64,000 bases of DNA from Octopus sinensis (GCF_006345805.1 NC_043004.1:46066001-46130000); one strand, 5' to 3'; shown: positions 40,001 to 52,440, numbered from the stretch's first letter. Notes: generated from the letters alone by a model not told the origin. Made by a program: numbers and translations.

Positions 40001-40210
40001 TTAATCTAAACATGAAAACACAAAGAGAAAACACAACAACGCGAGGACGTGGAACAAGTATAGTATTATCGGACGCTCAGGAAAGAAGGAAAGAAGGAGG
40101 CATTGACGTTTAGAGCGGAGCTCTTCGTCAGAAACATAGGAAAAGGAAAGATCCAAAGAAGGGACGACGGAGGGAAAAAATCGCCAACGGTACACACGCG
40201 GTTACATTTT
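40001..40210 (-). mobile_element. pLTR/retrozyme-like repeat between (AT)n tracts
   Basis: Homologous to 11722-11795 and 41055-41260; carries a minimal hammerhead motif. Confidence 0.7.
40100..40136 (-). ncRNA. Minimal type-I hammerhead ribozyme relic
   Basis: Minus strand TT-CTGACGA-A-GAGC TCC GCTC-TAAAC-GTC-AA. Stem II is intact and stem III is a palindromic ACGT, but core G12 is replaced by T. Confidence 0.65.
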
Positions 40211-40212
40211 GC

Positions 40213-40251
<39 letters not shown>

Positions 40252-40613
40252 TATATATATGTACACTACCTGGCGCAAAAACCAAGCAATCAATAACTTC
40301 AGCACCCAATTACATTATCTTTACCAATGAAGTCTCTGTGTACCTCTCTTTGTACGCGCGGAATTATGCGGGTGTGTAAGCATCGATCATTCCACATCAT
40401 CACTTGTCTTTCTGAATCTCGGAATATCTAACCTCCTGTACATGCTTACCAATGAACGCAAAGAATTTTGGAAGCACGATTTTCGCTTGATAATACTGAA
40501 TTTTATTTGAGAAAGAGAATGTTAAGTGACTATTTATGGTGGTCACCTGCATATCTCATCAAACGAAATATTGTTACGATAACGGTGATCAATTGCACCA
40601 TATATTGCATATA

Positions 40614-40660
<47 letters not shown>

Positions 40661-40682
40661 ATATATATATATATATATATAT

Positions 40683-40965
40683 GCTTCAGGAACAGCTACT
40701 GCAACAGCTTGGGTTTCAAGGGCCCACAGATTTTTAATATTCTCCCAAAGAGTCTGAGGAACTTGCACAAAGTAGACTTAGGGGATTTTAAATCAAACCT
40801 GGACCTCTCTCTGTCGAGAGTTCCAGATGAGCCTACCTCACGGCAAGAGGTGCAAAGGAAGGTAGCTATATCAAACTCCATTCTTCATCAAGTGCCACAT
40901 GCTAGAAGAAGCTCCTAGTAAACGGCGGTGCATCAGCATGGCCGCAGCTCTGAGCTGAAACTTTA
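40683..40965 (+). mobile_element. 3' end of a CR1/L2-group LINE
   Basis: GPQIFNILPKSLRNLHKVDLGDFKSNLDLSLSRVPDEP..ISNSILHQ resembles the post-RT C-terminus of this group, followed by a short 3' tail. Confidence 0.75.
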
Positions 40966-40999
40966 AAAAAATGCAATATATATATATATGCAATATATA

Positions 41000-41045
<46 letters not shown>

Positions 41046-41054
41046 GTATATGCA

Positions 41055-41260
41055 AAGATAATAAAAGAAAAGGAAAAAAGACAAGAAGAATCAACAAAGC
41101 GGGGACGTAGTTCATGCGATGAATCAACGAGACGCTCATAGTAGGGAAGAAAGAGTCGTTTTACGTTTGGAGCATAGCTCTTCCTCGAAAAGAGGAAATA
41201 TAGTAAAGTCCAAAAGAAAAGAAAGAAGGAGGGGAAAAATCGCCAACTGCTCACATGTAG
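41055..41260 (-). mobile_element. Diverged relative of the 40001 repeat with a decayed hammerhead
   Basis: Minus strand TCGAGGA-A-GAGC TAT GCTC-CAAAC-GTA. Shares GGAAAAATCGCCAAC with the 40001 copy. Confidence 0.6.
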
Positions 41261-41469
41261 CTACATAATTTATATATATTTTTAGGTATATAATTATAAA
41301 ATATAATTATAATTAAAGGCCCTGGAATGCCAGCGCCTATACGCTATAAGCAAATTTCAATATACTTAAAAATTAATTTTAGCGATACGGTTACTTTTTC
41401 TCCGCTAGCCACTGATATAATCATTTTAATGATTATATCCTTAAATTATGAATATATATATATATATGC

Positions 41470-41921
41470 ACACACACACCCATATATATATGTATGTATA
41501 TATATAAATATAAATATTCATATAATATATATATATATATATATAAATATTTATATATATATATAAATATAAATATAAATATTTATATATATATATAAAT
41601 ATAAATATATATATAAATATAAATATTTATATTTATATATATATAAATATAAATATTTATATATATATATAAAATATAACATTTATATTTATATATATAT
41701 ATATATTTATATATATGTATATATATATATAAATATAAATATATATATATATAAATATTCATATTTATATATATATATAATATAAATATTTATATATATA
41801 TATATTTATACATATATATATATATATATATATAAATTAAATATTTATATATATATATATAGATATATATATATAAAATATATATATAAATATAAACATA
41901 TATATATATATATATATATAA
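41470..41921. repeat. Complex (ATATAA/ATATTT)-type AT satellite
   Basis: Direct reading; recurring ATATAAATATAAATATTTATATATAT units. Confidence 0.9.
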
Positions 41922-42456
41922 AAGATCGTGAGTAGCCGGATTTCAAAGGTCCAGCCATATCACGTTCTATGTCACTTTCAATTTCCTTGAGAACTGCGTT
42001 AAAGGCACGCCTAACTGTAGAGTCCTCAGCCACATGCATGTTAATTTTGTGAGCAGGCTATGTGTTGATCAGATCAACTGGATCCTTCGCTGTCTTCGAA
42101 ATAACGAAGTGCCACCTGCCATTTTAATAATACATATCAGAAAGGAGCATAACTATATTCACTCTTAATATGAATTTCCAACTTGCAACATATTTTTCAT
42201 TCTGTGTGAATCAATTGATTTTTTACGATGCTTACAAAAACCTTTCTTCGACTATTCGATGGACACGCACTGCAAAAGCATTTCTATTTTCACTCACTGC
42301 AAAAGCAATGCTTCTCACAATGCATTTTGCTTCAAAAGCAACACTATATTCAATGCATTTACAAAACCTCAGCTTTATTACTTATGCGAGAGTATATATA
42401 CTTATAGTACATGAGCGCCTTTAGCGTTCACCCTTTCGACGGTATTATCGACTTTA

Positions 42457-42688
42457 AGGCGGCGAGCTGGCTGAATCGTTAGCGCGCCGGGCAAAATGCT
42501 TAGCGGTATTTCGTCTGTCGCAACGTTGTGAGTTCAAATTCCGCCGAGGTCGACTTTGCCTTTCATCCTCTCGGGGTCAATAAATTAAGTACCAGTTACG
42601 CACTGGGGTTGGTGTAATCGACTTAATACCTATGTCTGTCCTTGTTTATCCCCTCTATGTTTAGCTCCTTGTGGGTAAAAAAGAAATA
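42457..42688 (+). mobile_element. Full-length SINE family B with 16-bp TSD
   Basis: A/B-box-like head; central GAGGTCGACTTTGCCTTTCATCC..GGGGTC..AAATTAAGTACCAG domain resembling Sauria/Ceph-type SINE cores; TSD GGTATTATCGACTTTA at 42441-42456 and 42689-42704. Confidence 0.93.
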
Positions 42689-43415
42689 GGTATTATCGAC
42701 TTTAGGACTTAATAACTGCAATCTTCTCCCACAAATTCACCTCTTAATTCATCCGATGAAGTTTCTTAATCTTAAGTACCTCTCCTCACCGGTCAAGAGT
42801 CTTACAGCTTACTCCACTCACTTTACTATGTTATGCTACTTTTCACACCGCTTTAACATTTTCTACACAAGAATTGTTCCCGTTTTTCCAATGCCCCTCT
42901 CATTCCATATACATTGGTTCCAGAAACGAGCACTTCAGATCGGACATATGATCTTCGAGTACATGGACAGGAACACTACTAGTATATAGCTATCAACATA
43001 ATACCCATGCACCCTAGAGTACTCATGCATGAATAAGCTAGAAATAAAACCAAATAAATAGCATCTAGAAGTTGCAAGATCAGCTAGATATAGCAGTCAG
43101 ATTTTGTATCAAATCATGTAATGACATTCAAAAATAGAGGAATCACTGAATAATGGCACGGTGTTCTGCCCAAATGACAATCAAAATATACCCTTAAAAT
43201 CAGCTCTGAAAATAATTAATAACATTTTTAGCGAACGTACATTTAAAACAATCTATATGTCAACGATGTGTCTGCAATAGCGTAATGTCCATATATTTCA
43301 GAAAATACTGCTCCTCATAACCTCTACACTAAGTAAAATGTCTCATAACATCGATGAGGGATAAATGATGCGCATTAAATTTATTCGCAAAGAATATTTC
43401 TCGAACATTTGTATA

Positions 43416-43820
43416 GCGCAGGAGTGGCTGTGTGATAAGCAGCTTGCTTACCAACAACATGGTTCCGGGTCAGTCCCACTGCGTGGTACCTTGGGCAAGT
43501 GTCTTCTACTATAGCCTCGGGCCGACCAAAGTCTTGTGAGTGGATTTAGTAGACGGAAACTGAAAGAAGTCCGTCGTATATATGTATATGTATGTGTGTT
43601 TGTTATTGTGTCTGTGTTTGTCCCCCCAACATCGCTTGACAACCGATGCTGGTGTGCTTACGTCTCCGTAACTTAGCGGTTCGGCAAAAGAGACCAATAG
43701 AATAAGTACTAGGCTTAAAAAGAATAAGTCCTGGGGGTCGATTTGCTTGACTAAAGGCGGTGCTCCAGCATGGCCACAGTAAACTGACTGAAACAAGTAA
43801 AAGAGTGAAAGAGTAAAAGA
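43416..43820 (+). mobile_element. Full-length SINE family A
   Basis: tRNA-like head, CCTTGGGCAAGTGTCTTCT core, internal microsatellite and LINE-like tail; several other copies in the window. Confidence 0.93.
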
Positions 43821-44098
43821 ATATTGCTTTTCCCAATTCAGCTGATTTTTTCCTTCATGGTCCTTTACTCTCATGAATTAGCAACCTATATATGATTGCC
43901 AATTTAGAAAACTTGATAAATCCATTTATCCAAATTTAGAAATTTATTCCTTTAATCCACATTATCCATCTTGAGATTCTTTTACGAAATATTCTACTTG
44001 TAAATTGTAACTAACCCAGATACAGTTTCTAATCAGTATTGTCCAGTCCTGATAATGCCTGCTTATATCTGTTACATCAATTTCACCTCTTTATATAG

Positions 44099-44143
44099 GG
44101 CAAACAGAGAGGTTTCTGCACATCTCCTTCCCAATAATTTATG
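44099..44143 (+). CDS. Candidate host exon, product unknown
   Basis: TTTCACCTCTTTATATAG| acceptor and ATG|GTAAGG donor, with an alternative donor after 44148; 45 nt. Open frames: ANREVSAHLLPNNL or QTERFLHISFPIIY. Confidence 0.3.
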
Positions 44144-44256
44144 GTAAGGTAACGGTATATCTGCGTATTTTGAAATACTTGAAGCAATTCTTGGAGAGGG
44201 ATTACATGTGATACATATCAGTTCAGAGAAACATCAAAAGCTAATTTGTTTTTTAG

Positions 44257-44304
44257 GTCGCCTTGGAAGTACAAAATCAGGAAACAATTGAAAGGATTCG
44301 GAAA
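44257..44304 (+). CDS. Candidate host exon, product unknown
   Basis: Branch-like GCTAAT plus TTGTTTTTTAG| acceptor and AAA|GTAACA donor; 48 nt. Reads VALEVQNQETIERIRK (phase 0) or SPWKYKIRKQLKGFG (phase 2). Confidence 0.35.
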
Positions 44305-44569
44305 GTAACATTATTTTCCTACTTATTTCGAACGCATTGTGATTTACAATTTTTATTTTTATTTTCTACAAACGTTCAACTCCTTCAACAAAACTATGTA
44401 ACAGAAACAATTGCTTTTCATTAGAAAACAACCGAAATATGTCATGTCCAAGCCGATACTGGAGAAACAGAGAATGCAACGCGAATATATAATTTCATTT
44501 CTGTCACTTTCTTACATGTAGCAATAATTGTTAACACTAACAAGCATTATTCATATATATAAATGTGAA

Positions 44570-44605
<36 letters not shown>

Positions 44606-44989
44606 GTGTGTGTGTGTGTGTGTGTGTGTTTGCGTGCGTATTAGTGGGTGTATATTGTGTGCATGGGTTTTTTACGTTTGCGCACCCGAGTGTAGTATTT
44701 TAAAAAGTTGTCAAAAGTAAGGCAATTATTATTTTCGTTCAGTAAATAAATGTCATTATGTAATCTATAAAAAGGAGGAAAACATTAAAATTCAGCTGTC
44801 TCTTTTTCTCCGGCATGTTTTAGAATACATTACTGAATTGTTCATACATCTTATATATTTCCTACTATTTATATGCTTAATACATACATACACGTACATA
44901 TGAGCATGTCTAGACAGGCAAATATATGCAAGAAAATACATACATAAAGTAAGACGTACAAATCTGCACAAATACATACATACATACAT

Positions 44990-45480
44990 ATCCTGCTGAT
45001 GTTGTTGAAATTCCAACGAAGGAGCTTTGGATGTAGGTTAGAAACGGCTCTTTCTCTATTAGCAAGGAATCTTGAAATATAACTGAATAATGACTGACAT
45101 ACACAGATACATATATACACACATACAAACATATACACACATACGTACATGCATGTATACATATATAACATCATCCATACAAATATACATACTTGCAAAT
45201 ATACAAGACTATCTCTTGACATACTCTTTTTACTCTTACTCTTTTACTTGTTTCAGTCAGTTGACTGCGGCCATGCTGGAGCACCGCCTTTAGTCGAGCA
45301 ACTCAACCCTGGGACATTCTTTGTAAGCCCAGTACTTATTCTATCGGTCTCTTTTGCCGAGTACATAAAAACACTGTTGATGTTGAAATTACAACGTAGG
45401 GGCCATGGATCTAGGTTACAAACCGGCTTTTTCTCTATTGGCAACAAATCTTGAAATAAAACTGAATAATGACATACATA
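44990..45480 (+). repeat. Two diverged ~110-bp repeat copies with a SINE A tail (45222-45362, minus) between them
   Basis: GTTGAAATT.CAACG.AGG.GC..TGGAT.TAGGTTA.AAAC.GGCT.TTTCTCTATT.GCAA..AATCTTGAAATA.AACTGAATAATGAC occurs twice. Confidence 0.8.
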
Positions 45481-46470
45481 CATTACATACATACACATAA
45501 ATACATGCATATATACATCCAAACAAACATACATTCGAAGCGACAAGTTGTGTATTTGGTGTGGGACACCATTTATCGAAAATACGATAAACACTATCTC
45601 CAACTTTGGAGCCACATCAGCCTTGTTTAAATAATTGGTTAATCTTCAAATGAATTAATTGAGGGAGCCTTTTATTCACGATCGTAGTGATTTTCGACTG
45701 AAACTTGAACAATATTCTCGGACACATCAACAAGACAATCGAGAAACAGAGCAAATACAGCAGCTCAACAGGTAAACACATTCTTTCTAGCTGTAGTTAT
45801 AGAAGAAACCGTTAACTACAAAACTCATTTCTCTTGGATAAGAGAAATGAGGTACATACATATACAAACATATGCTCACACACACATACATACATACGTA
45901 TATGCATGCATGTATAGGCACACACACACACACACACTGACCCACACACAAACGCACAAACAAACAAAAGGAAATGCAATGTAAATAACGGACATAGTCA
46001 AAACTACTGAAAAGGTTGCAAGACGCAACGAAAATTTTAGGAAAATAAAAATAAGAAAGAAGTGGAACTTTTACCGGTGAGTGTGTTATATTATAAGGCA
46101 CAAAAAGAAAATGACTCTCCCCAGACACCACAGTATATATATATATATATATCTATAATATATATATATAAATATATATATGATATATATATACATATAT
46201 ATATATATTTGTATATATGTATACTGGTATGTCTGCATATTTTGGCTTTACAAAGAAGTTTGCTTGTGGCAATATACCGTATACAGATCTATATACAAAC
46301 ACATGAATGCATTCACAAACGCAATCAAGAACTTATATCTGTGATTAGAAATAATGTCATTATTTCGTGTTATGTGATTTGGATATGAAAATGTTACCGC
46401 TATATTGCATACGGAAAATCAGAGAAAAATCAAATTTACAAGCAGTGTGACTAATATCCAGCTTGCGTCC

Positions 46471-46627
<157 letters not shown>

Positions 46628-46709
46628 TATGTATGTTTATATATGTGTAAGTATGTATGTATGTATGCATGCATGCATATACTTTAATAAATATATATAC
46701 ATATATATG

Positions 46710-46793
<84 letters not shown>

Positions 46794-47089
46794 CGCTCAC
46801 ACATATCAGTGGGTATGTGTAGATTTACCCTACCTACATGCATATATATATATTTCTATATAAATTATAAATATTTATAGATAATTACATACCTGTCTGC
46901 CTCCTGTTCGCACTCCTATATAGCCTCAGGGTTTGAAAGTTTCTAATCAAATTATCGAAAGAAAATTGTAAATTCTAATGACTGAAATGAACAGAATAGA
47001 AAGTAATATACGCTTCTGTTTTTAACCTTGTCAATACCACGAATATAAATATACATTATGATTACATAATGCTGTACATTTTTTCTTAG

Positions 47090-47192
47090 TTTAAGAAATG
47101 TCATATCGAGCCTCCTGAACCAGAAGTATTTCAACGTGAAATGAGAAGACAGGGAAAACCACCACCAAGGATAGTATTCTGGATTAGCAGAA
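47090..47192 (+). CDS. Candidate host exon (FKKCHIEPPEPEVFQREMRRQGKPPPRIVFWISR)
   Basis: ACATTTTTTCTTAG| acceptor and GAA|GTAATA donor; 103 nt; open in phase 0, ending in phase 1. Confidence 0.35.
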
Positions 47193-47224
47193 GTAATATT
47201 TCAAGACAATGTTATACAAACTGT

Positions 47225-47666
47225 GGATCTTTTCGGTTTGAACGGCCGTTTTTTCTAGCGGTGTTGTGTGAAATTGTCACCCATAATTATGACCCTAGTA
47301 TCGCTCTATTGCATTTCAATTTGTTTTAGCGTTAGGGTTAATTAGGGTTAGGGTAAGGGTTAGGGGTGGGGGAAGGGTATCTTTTTTTCTTCACAAATGT
47401 AAATATACCCAATCTGTTTCTTAAACGAGGGACATATTCATACGGCATTGAATGTTTGTTTTAGCTCAATAGACATCACTGATAGGTTGAAATTGCAGAA
47501 ATTGAAGAAAAAAACCCCAACAAATATCTTACAAACTATAGAATTTTCTTAATAAAGCCAATAGAAAACGATTTTTTATAAACACATTCTACTAGTATAC
47601 GAAGTTTTAAAATTTTTAGTTACCTAGGAATTATGCTAAAAACTGCGGTTCAAACCGAAAATATAC
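47225..47666. mobile_element. 442-bp MITE with ~28-bp TIRs and 8-bp TSD
   Basis: TIRs GGATCTTTTCGGTTTGAACGGCCGTTTT and AAAAACTGCGGTTCAAACCGAAAATATAC; TSD CAAACTGT at 47217-47224 and 47667-47674. GG start plus 8-bp TSD suggests Merlin or MULE (inference). Confidence 0.85.
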
Positions 47667-48004
47667 CAAACTGTTTATCAAGTATGTTGATGAATGAAAT
47701 AAATAATGAAAGGATTAGAGCGGATTTTGTTTGAGTCATATATTCTTCCATCATCACCCGTGTAACACACACCTTATATATAATGGGAATATGATCTTGC
47801 AATAAAATCAATTAGGTTAGGTTTTGGGCTGTTAGAAATAGCGGCAACAATTCCAACTATTACACCTAATCTATTTTTTGCGAAAAAATGTGGATTTGTA
47901 CAGCAATTTTCATTGATATTAGTTTCGGATTTTGGCGCAGGTCCAGCAGGGTTCGTAGCAAGGGGCAAGTCGATTATATCGACACCAGTGCATTTCATCT
48001 GTCT

Positions 48005-48156
48005 TCACTTTCTGTGTTCAATTTCCACTGGAATCGACTTTGCATTTCACGCCTTGGGTTCTATAAAATAATTACCAGTTGAAAACACTGTGGTCGACGT
48101 AATCGATTTGCCTCTTCCATCGAAGTTGGCTACCTAGTGCTAAAACTGGAAACCAA

Positions 48157-48157
<1 letters not shown>
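48005..48157 (+). mobile_element. SINE family B 3' half running into (ATT)n
   Basis: TCGACTTTGCATTTCAC..ATAATTACCAG..GGTCGACGTAATCGATT..GAAACCAATATTATT. Confidence 0.75.
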
Positions 48158-48216
<59 letters not shown>

Positions 48217-48244
48217 AATCACTATTATTAATATTATTTTTTTT

Positions 48245-49279
48245 TTCTTCTTTCAAATTTGCTTCCATTTCTTGCCGAGTGTCTTCCCGACTCCTAGGGC
48301 AAAGAAACTCATAGTATACATTGGTAGGCCATTAAACGAAACTCAATAATTCGTTAATTTTTTTAAAGTTAAATTAAAATACATGGGTAGTAATAGTTCT
48401 CACATCGACAATGCTCTTCTCAATACGTGTGATGTACCAGTTAAGACAATCTTTTGCACTTCTTGCAGGGATGGTAAGCCAGGGATCATTCTCATATAAT
48501 TTTCGGTTCCCTTCTTGATCATTCCTAGTGCTCCTATGATCACTGGTATTGTAACCGCCTTGAGATGCCACATTTTCTTAATTTCAATGAGTACGTGTTT
48601 ATATTTTCTGAGCTTGTAAAACTCTTTCGCTGAGATATTATGATCACAGGGGATGCTCATGTCGATCAATAAGCAAACTTTATTGTATTGGTCTTTCACA
48701 ACAATGTCTGGTTTATTGGTCTTGATGGTTCGGTCTGTATGTACTGGAAAGTCCCACAGAATGGTTACATTTTCTCCTTCAGTTACAGCCTCAGGGTGGT
48801 GATTATACCACTTGTCGGCAGTTTTGATATTGTAATGCCGACTTATTAGCCTGTGTAGATATTGGCCAACTCTGTTATGTCTTAATTTATACTCCACTGG
48901 TGCTAAGACTTTACATCCAGGTGGTCCACTGTTTCAATCATGTCGTTGCAGAATCGGCATTTTGGGTCTGCTCCATTTTTCATCACATTGGCCTGGTAGT
49001 TCCGGGTTAATAGGCTTTGAACTTGAGCAGCCAGGATGAAACCTTCGCTCTCTGCTTTTAACCCTGAGCTCCGTGGCCACTGATGGGTTTGCTTCTGGTC
49101 AACATCAGCTTGTTTGCTGCGGGCCACATATTTGCCGTGCAGAGGTTTCTCCTGCCACCTATCAGTCAATTGCTCGTGCGCTTTGTTCGTTGCCATTATT
49201 TTCACCTTCTTTGCAACAATAGTTGCCGTACTTCCCTCGGGTTGTTCAGTTTGGGTATCCTCCACGAGATCAATAGCAA
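48245..49279 (-). mobile_element. 5'-truncated RLE-type (Dong-like) retrotransposon
   Basis: ORFs give WQEKPLHGKY..SSGLKAESEGFILAAQVQSLLTRNY..CRFC..ETVDHL and RHNRVGQY..ILWDFPVHTDRTIKTNKPDIVV..LIDMSIP. TAA-type repeats on both sides. Confidence 0.92.
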
Positions 49280-49302
49280 TTTATTATTATTATTATTATT
49301 AA

Positions 49303-49333
<31 letters not shown>

Positions 49334-49352
49334 ATTATTACTACTACTACTA

Positions 49353-49570
49353 AGGCGGCGAGCGGGCAGACTCATTTGCACGCCGGGCAAAATGCTTAGC
49401 GACATTTCATCCTTCTTTTACGTTCTGAGTTCAAATTCCACCGAGGCCAACACTGTCTTTAATCATTTCGAGTTTGATAAAATAAGCACCAGTTGAACAG
49501 TGGGGCCGATATAAAAGACTTACCCGCTCCGCACAAAATTGATGACCTTGTGTCAAAATTTGAAATCGAC
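49353..49570 (+). mobile_element. SINE family B
   Basis: AGGCGGCGAGCGGGCAGA..GTTCTGAGTTCAAATTCCACCGAGG..GATAAAATAAGCACCAG. Confidence 0.85.
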
Positions 49571-49662
49571 ATTGTAGCCATCCGTTCGCCTAAGCCCCAA
49601 ATAAGTGGGTGATTCTATACATCCAGTTTGAAATCACACACACACACTCACATACATACACG

Positions 49663-49720
<58 letters not shown>

Positions 49721-50384
49721 CGCATTCACACACACATCTCACACAGACATACACGCACATACACGCACACACACACACCTATGTATAGAGATACACACAC
49801 ATATATGTATGTATACATGTATGTATCTATTTATATGTGTGTGTTTAAATGTATTTGTATATGCCGATATTTAATATGAAATATATCTTTTTGATCAAAA
49901 CCGTACGTTTGTGAACGAGTATTGTAAAAATGTAACATAACTGTGTCACTGATCAAAGAGAGTTACATCACGTTAAATAGTTTGTTACACGGAAGAGACG
50001 GAAAGTTATGTACAGAATATAATGAAAGCACCAGATAAAAACCAACCCAAGAATAAGGTTTTTTGACTGGGCGCTAAAGTGTTGATTGCAAACACGAACG
50101 GATTTCTTACAGAAAGTTGTTTTCCTTCTGATTTCTGATTTTCTACCACAACTACAATATCATTTGCCACTCGGTTGTGGCTGGTCTCATGCTACCTGCT
50201 ATTGCCGTGAGCCACTTATTGTTTACTGAGCCAAAACCAATAAGACACAGATTGTGTCCAACTCTCAAAATCCGTAGTTACCAATTTCCAATATCAAAGT
50301 TATTTTTTTCCAAGAACTTTGACCCTTTCAAATTTCCTCCATACACATTTTTTTCTGGCAGATATTAAAACTTAATTTGTACAG

Positions 50385-50422
50385 AGGAACCTCTAGAACG
50401 ATGGCCAGATTTCCTTAAATAT
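50385..50422 (+). CDS. Candidate host exon (EPLERWPDFLKY)
   Basis: CTTAAT branch-like site plus TTGTACAG| acceptor and TAT|GTGAGC donor; 38 nt; phase 1 to 0. Confidence 0.3.
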
Positions 50423-50642
50423 GTGAGCACGCCCACACTTAATATCATGTACCATCAATGATCGCCTTCTATAGTGCTTCAGTTTAAGACATATCTGATG
50501 ATGAATTTTAAGAAGGATTCTTAATGTCGACGAACACAATCTGGTTATTCATCACTAGAGAAACTTTATTTACTGGAGATAGGTGCCTTCTAAAATCTCC
50601 TGAATATATTAGATCGTATATACATTTCTGTATACACATATA

Positions 50643-50935
50643 TACGAGGTGGACCAGCACTCACCTTACCATTTAAATTTTGAATAACTCTTTAATATTT
50701 ATTATTTCCGAAAGAACGATTTTGTAAACGGCAATATAACATTTGAATTGCTTTTAGTCTAATTATAAAAGAGGATGTCACACAAATGGCCTCTGCTTGC
50801 TGCTTCACACTTGCGAACCTTTTCAAGTGCGTGTTCCATAACATGGATCATTGTGTCATGTCACAGTGCGGGAATTTCTCTTCGAACAAATGTTTTTGAA
50901 AATATACAGTGCTACATTTGTGCACCATATGTTCA
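50643..50935 (-). mobile_element. 3' end plus TIR of the same Tc1/mariner family as 55179-56433
   Basis: TACCATTTAAATTTTGAATAAC..GAAAGAAC..TAGTCTAATTATAAA..TTTTCAAGTGC..CAGTGCGGGAATTTCT aligns to the reverse complement of 56140-56433. Confidence 0.8.
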
Positions 50936-51556
50936 GAAAAAGTTTGATATGCTTAGATCATAGTCTATACTGTCCGATATACACGAGCAAAGTAACCACT
51001 CACCAGAAATTCAATCCGTGCATATAAGTTGTTACTGTGAATTTATAGTATAAATACGTGTTATCATGTCAATGATACCATAGCCGTACTTATCGCATAA
51101 CTAAATTTTAATGTTATTAGTATAAGAGAAACTGGACAAAAGAATACATATATATTTATACATTACATATACCTAAACTTAGTGAGGGGATCAGGTAAAA
51201 TCCAGGCTGCATGTGATTCCTAGCTAACTAATTCTCTCATGCAATATTTACTTAATGAGAGGTAATCAGCTTGCTAGTCATTAGACCGAGTATATCTTAA
51301 TTGTGTAAATTTCGACGCCAATAAATTGTTGTTTCTGAACATACGCGGTCATCATTTCGTTTTCTATACTTATCACGAACTGCTTGAAACCTACAAATTT
51401 CCTACAATTGTATCCTTGGACCTTACCACCCATATACACAGACATACACACACGTATATATATATAATATATATAGATGTGTGTGTGTGTATGTGTGTGT
51501 GTGTCCGTGTGTGTATGTATCTGTGTATGTATGTATGCACCCATGTATGCATGTAT

Positions 51557-51685
51557 GTCAGTGAAATGGTCGCGGTCTTAAATCGACGAAAATATTTTGA
51601 CAAATTAAACTTAAACGTTGAAGTGAATCGAACGGCTTTTGTGTGTTTCTTAAATGGCTTACAAACATCTTCCACGCTGCAATTA
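51557..51685 (+). repeat. Unclassified repeat, copy 2, ending where the Helitron begins
   Basis: Matches 850-985. Confidence 0.75.
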
Positions 51686-51695
51686 TATATATATA

Positions 51696-52219
51696 CTAGC
51701 AGTATCGCCCGGCGTTGCTCGGGTTTGTGAGGGAAATAACTATATAAGCATTTTTAGAGAGTTATAGCAAAAAAATGCATTAAAAATGGAATAAAAAATG
51801 ATGGTAATTTTTTTTTTAATCGTTGACTCAGTGTCTTCAAGCCATGAAGTCGTTGTTCTAAATGAACGCTGGTCTCCTTGACATCGCTTTACGACATTGA
51901 TTTCCTTACACTCCCTTCCCCACAGCTTCACGAGGGAGAAGCAAACACAGGTGCAGGTGTTTGAGCGTGGACGCCAACTCCGCCGCCATCGACACACGAA
52001 AAATTATGCATTCAAATGGAATAAAAAATGATGTTAAATTATTTTAAAAATCGTTGACTCATCGTAGACGCGCGCTAATAGACAGACGGGCTCGATATTA
52101 ATCACGACTATAAGATACCCGAATTTGGTTAAACTGCACCGCAAAATGTGGGAGGAGTTAGGAATCTAAATCGAAGGGGGATGGACACTCACACAACTAC
52201 AGTTTTATATATATATAGA
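51696..52219 (-). mobile_element. Complete non-autonomous Helitron (524 bp)
   Basis: Minus strand A|TC start (52219), subterminal hairpin CCCGAGCAACGCCGGG (51723-51708) and CTAG|T end (51696). Internal direct repeat at about 51772-51830 and 52000-52061. Confidence 0.88.
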
Positions 52220-52241
52220 TATATATATATATGTATATATA

Positions 52242-52327
52242 CGCGGGAACTCAAAAATTATCCGCATTTTCACCATAACATATCTTTGTTTGTCACACTG
52301 CGTTCTGCGCATGCGTGTTTATAGTTG
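52242..52327 (+). mobile_element. Isolated mariner left end
   Basis: CGCGGGAACTCAAAAATTATCCGCA..TTTGTCACACTGCGTTCTGCGCATGCGTG duplicates 52503-52580. Confidence 0.8.
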
Positions 52328-52396
52328 ATATATATATATATAAAAATATACATACACACAAACAAACGCATATATATGCATGTAATTACATGTATG

Positions 52397-52440
<44 letters not shown>

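Noticed and set aside
45535-45790. Possible maT/rosa-like transposase fragment (CIWCG..HQQDN)
   Set aside because: Motif similarity is too weak to call.
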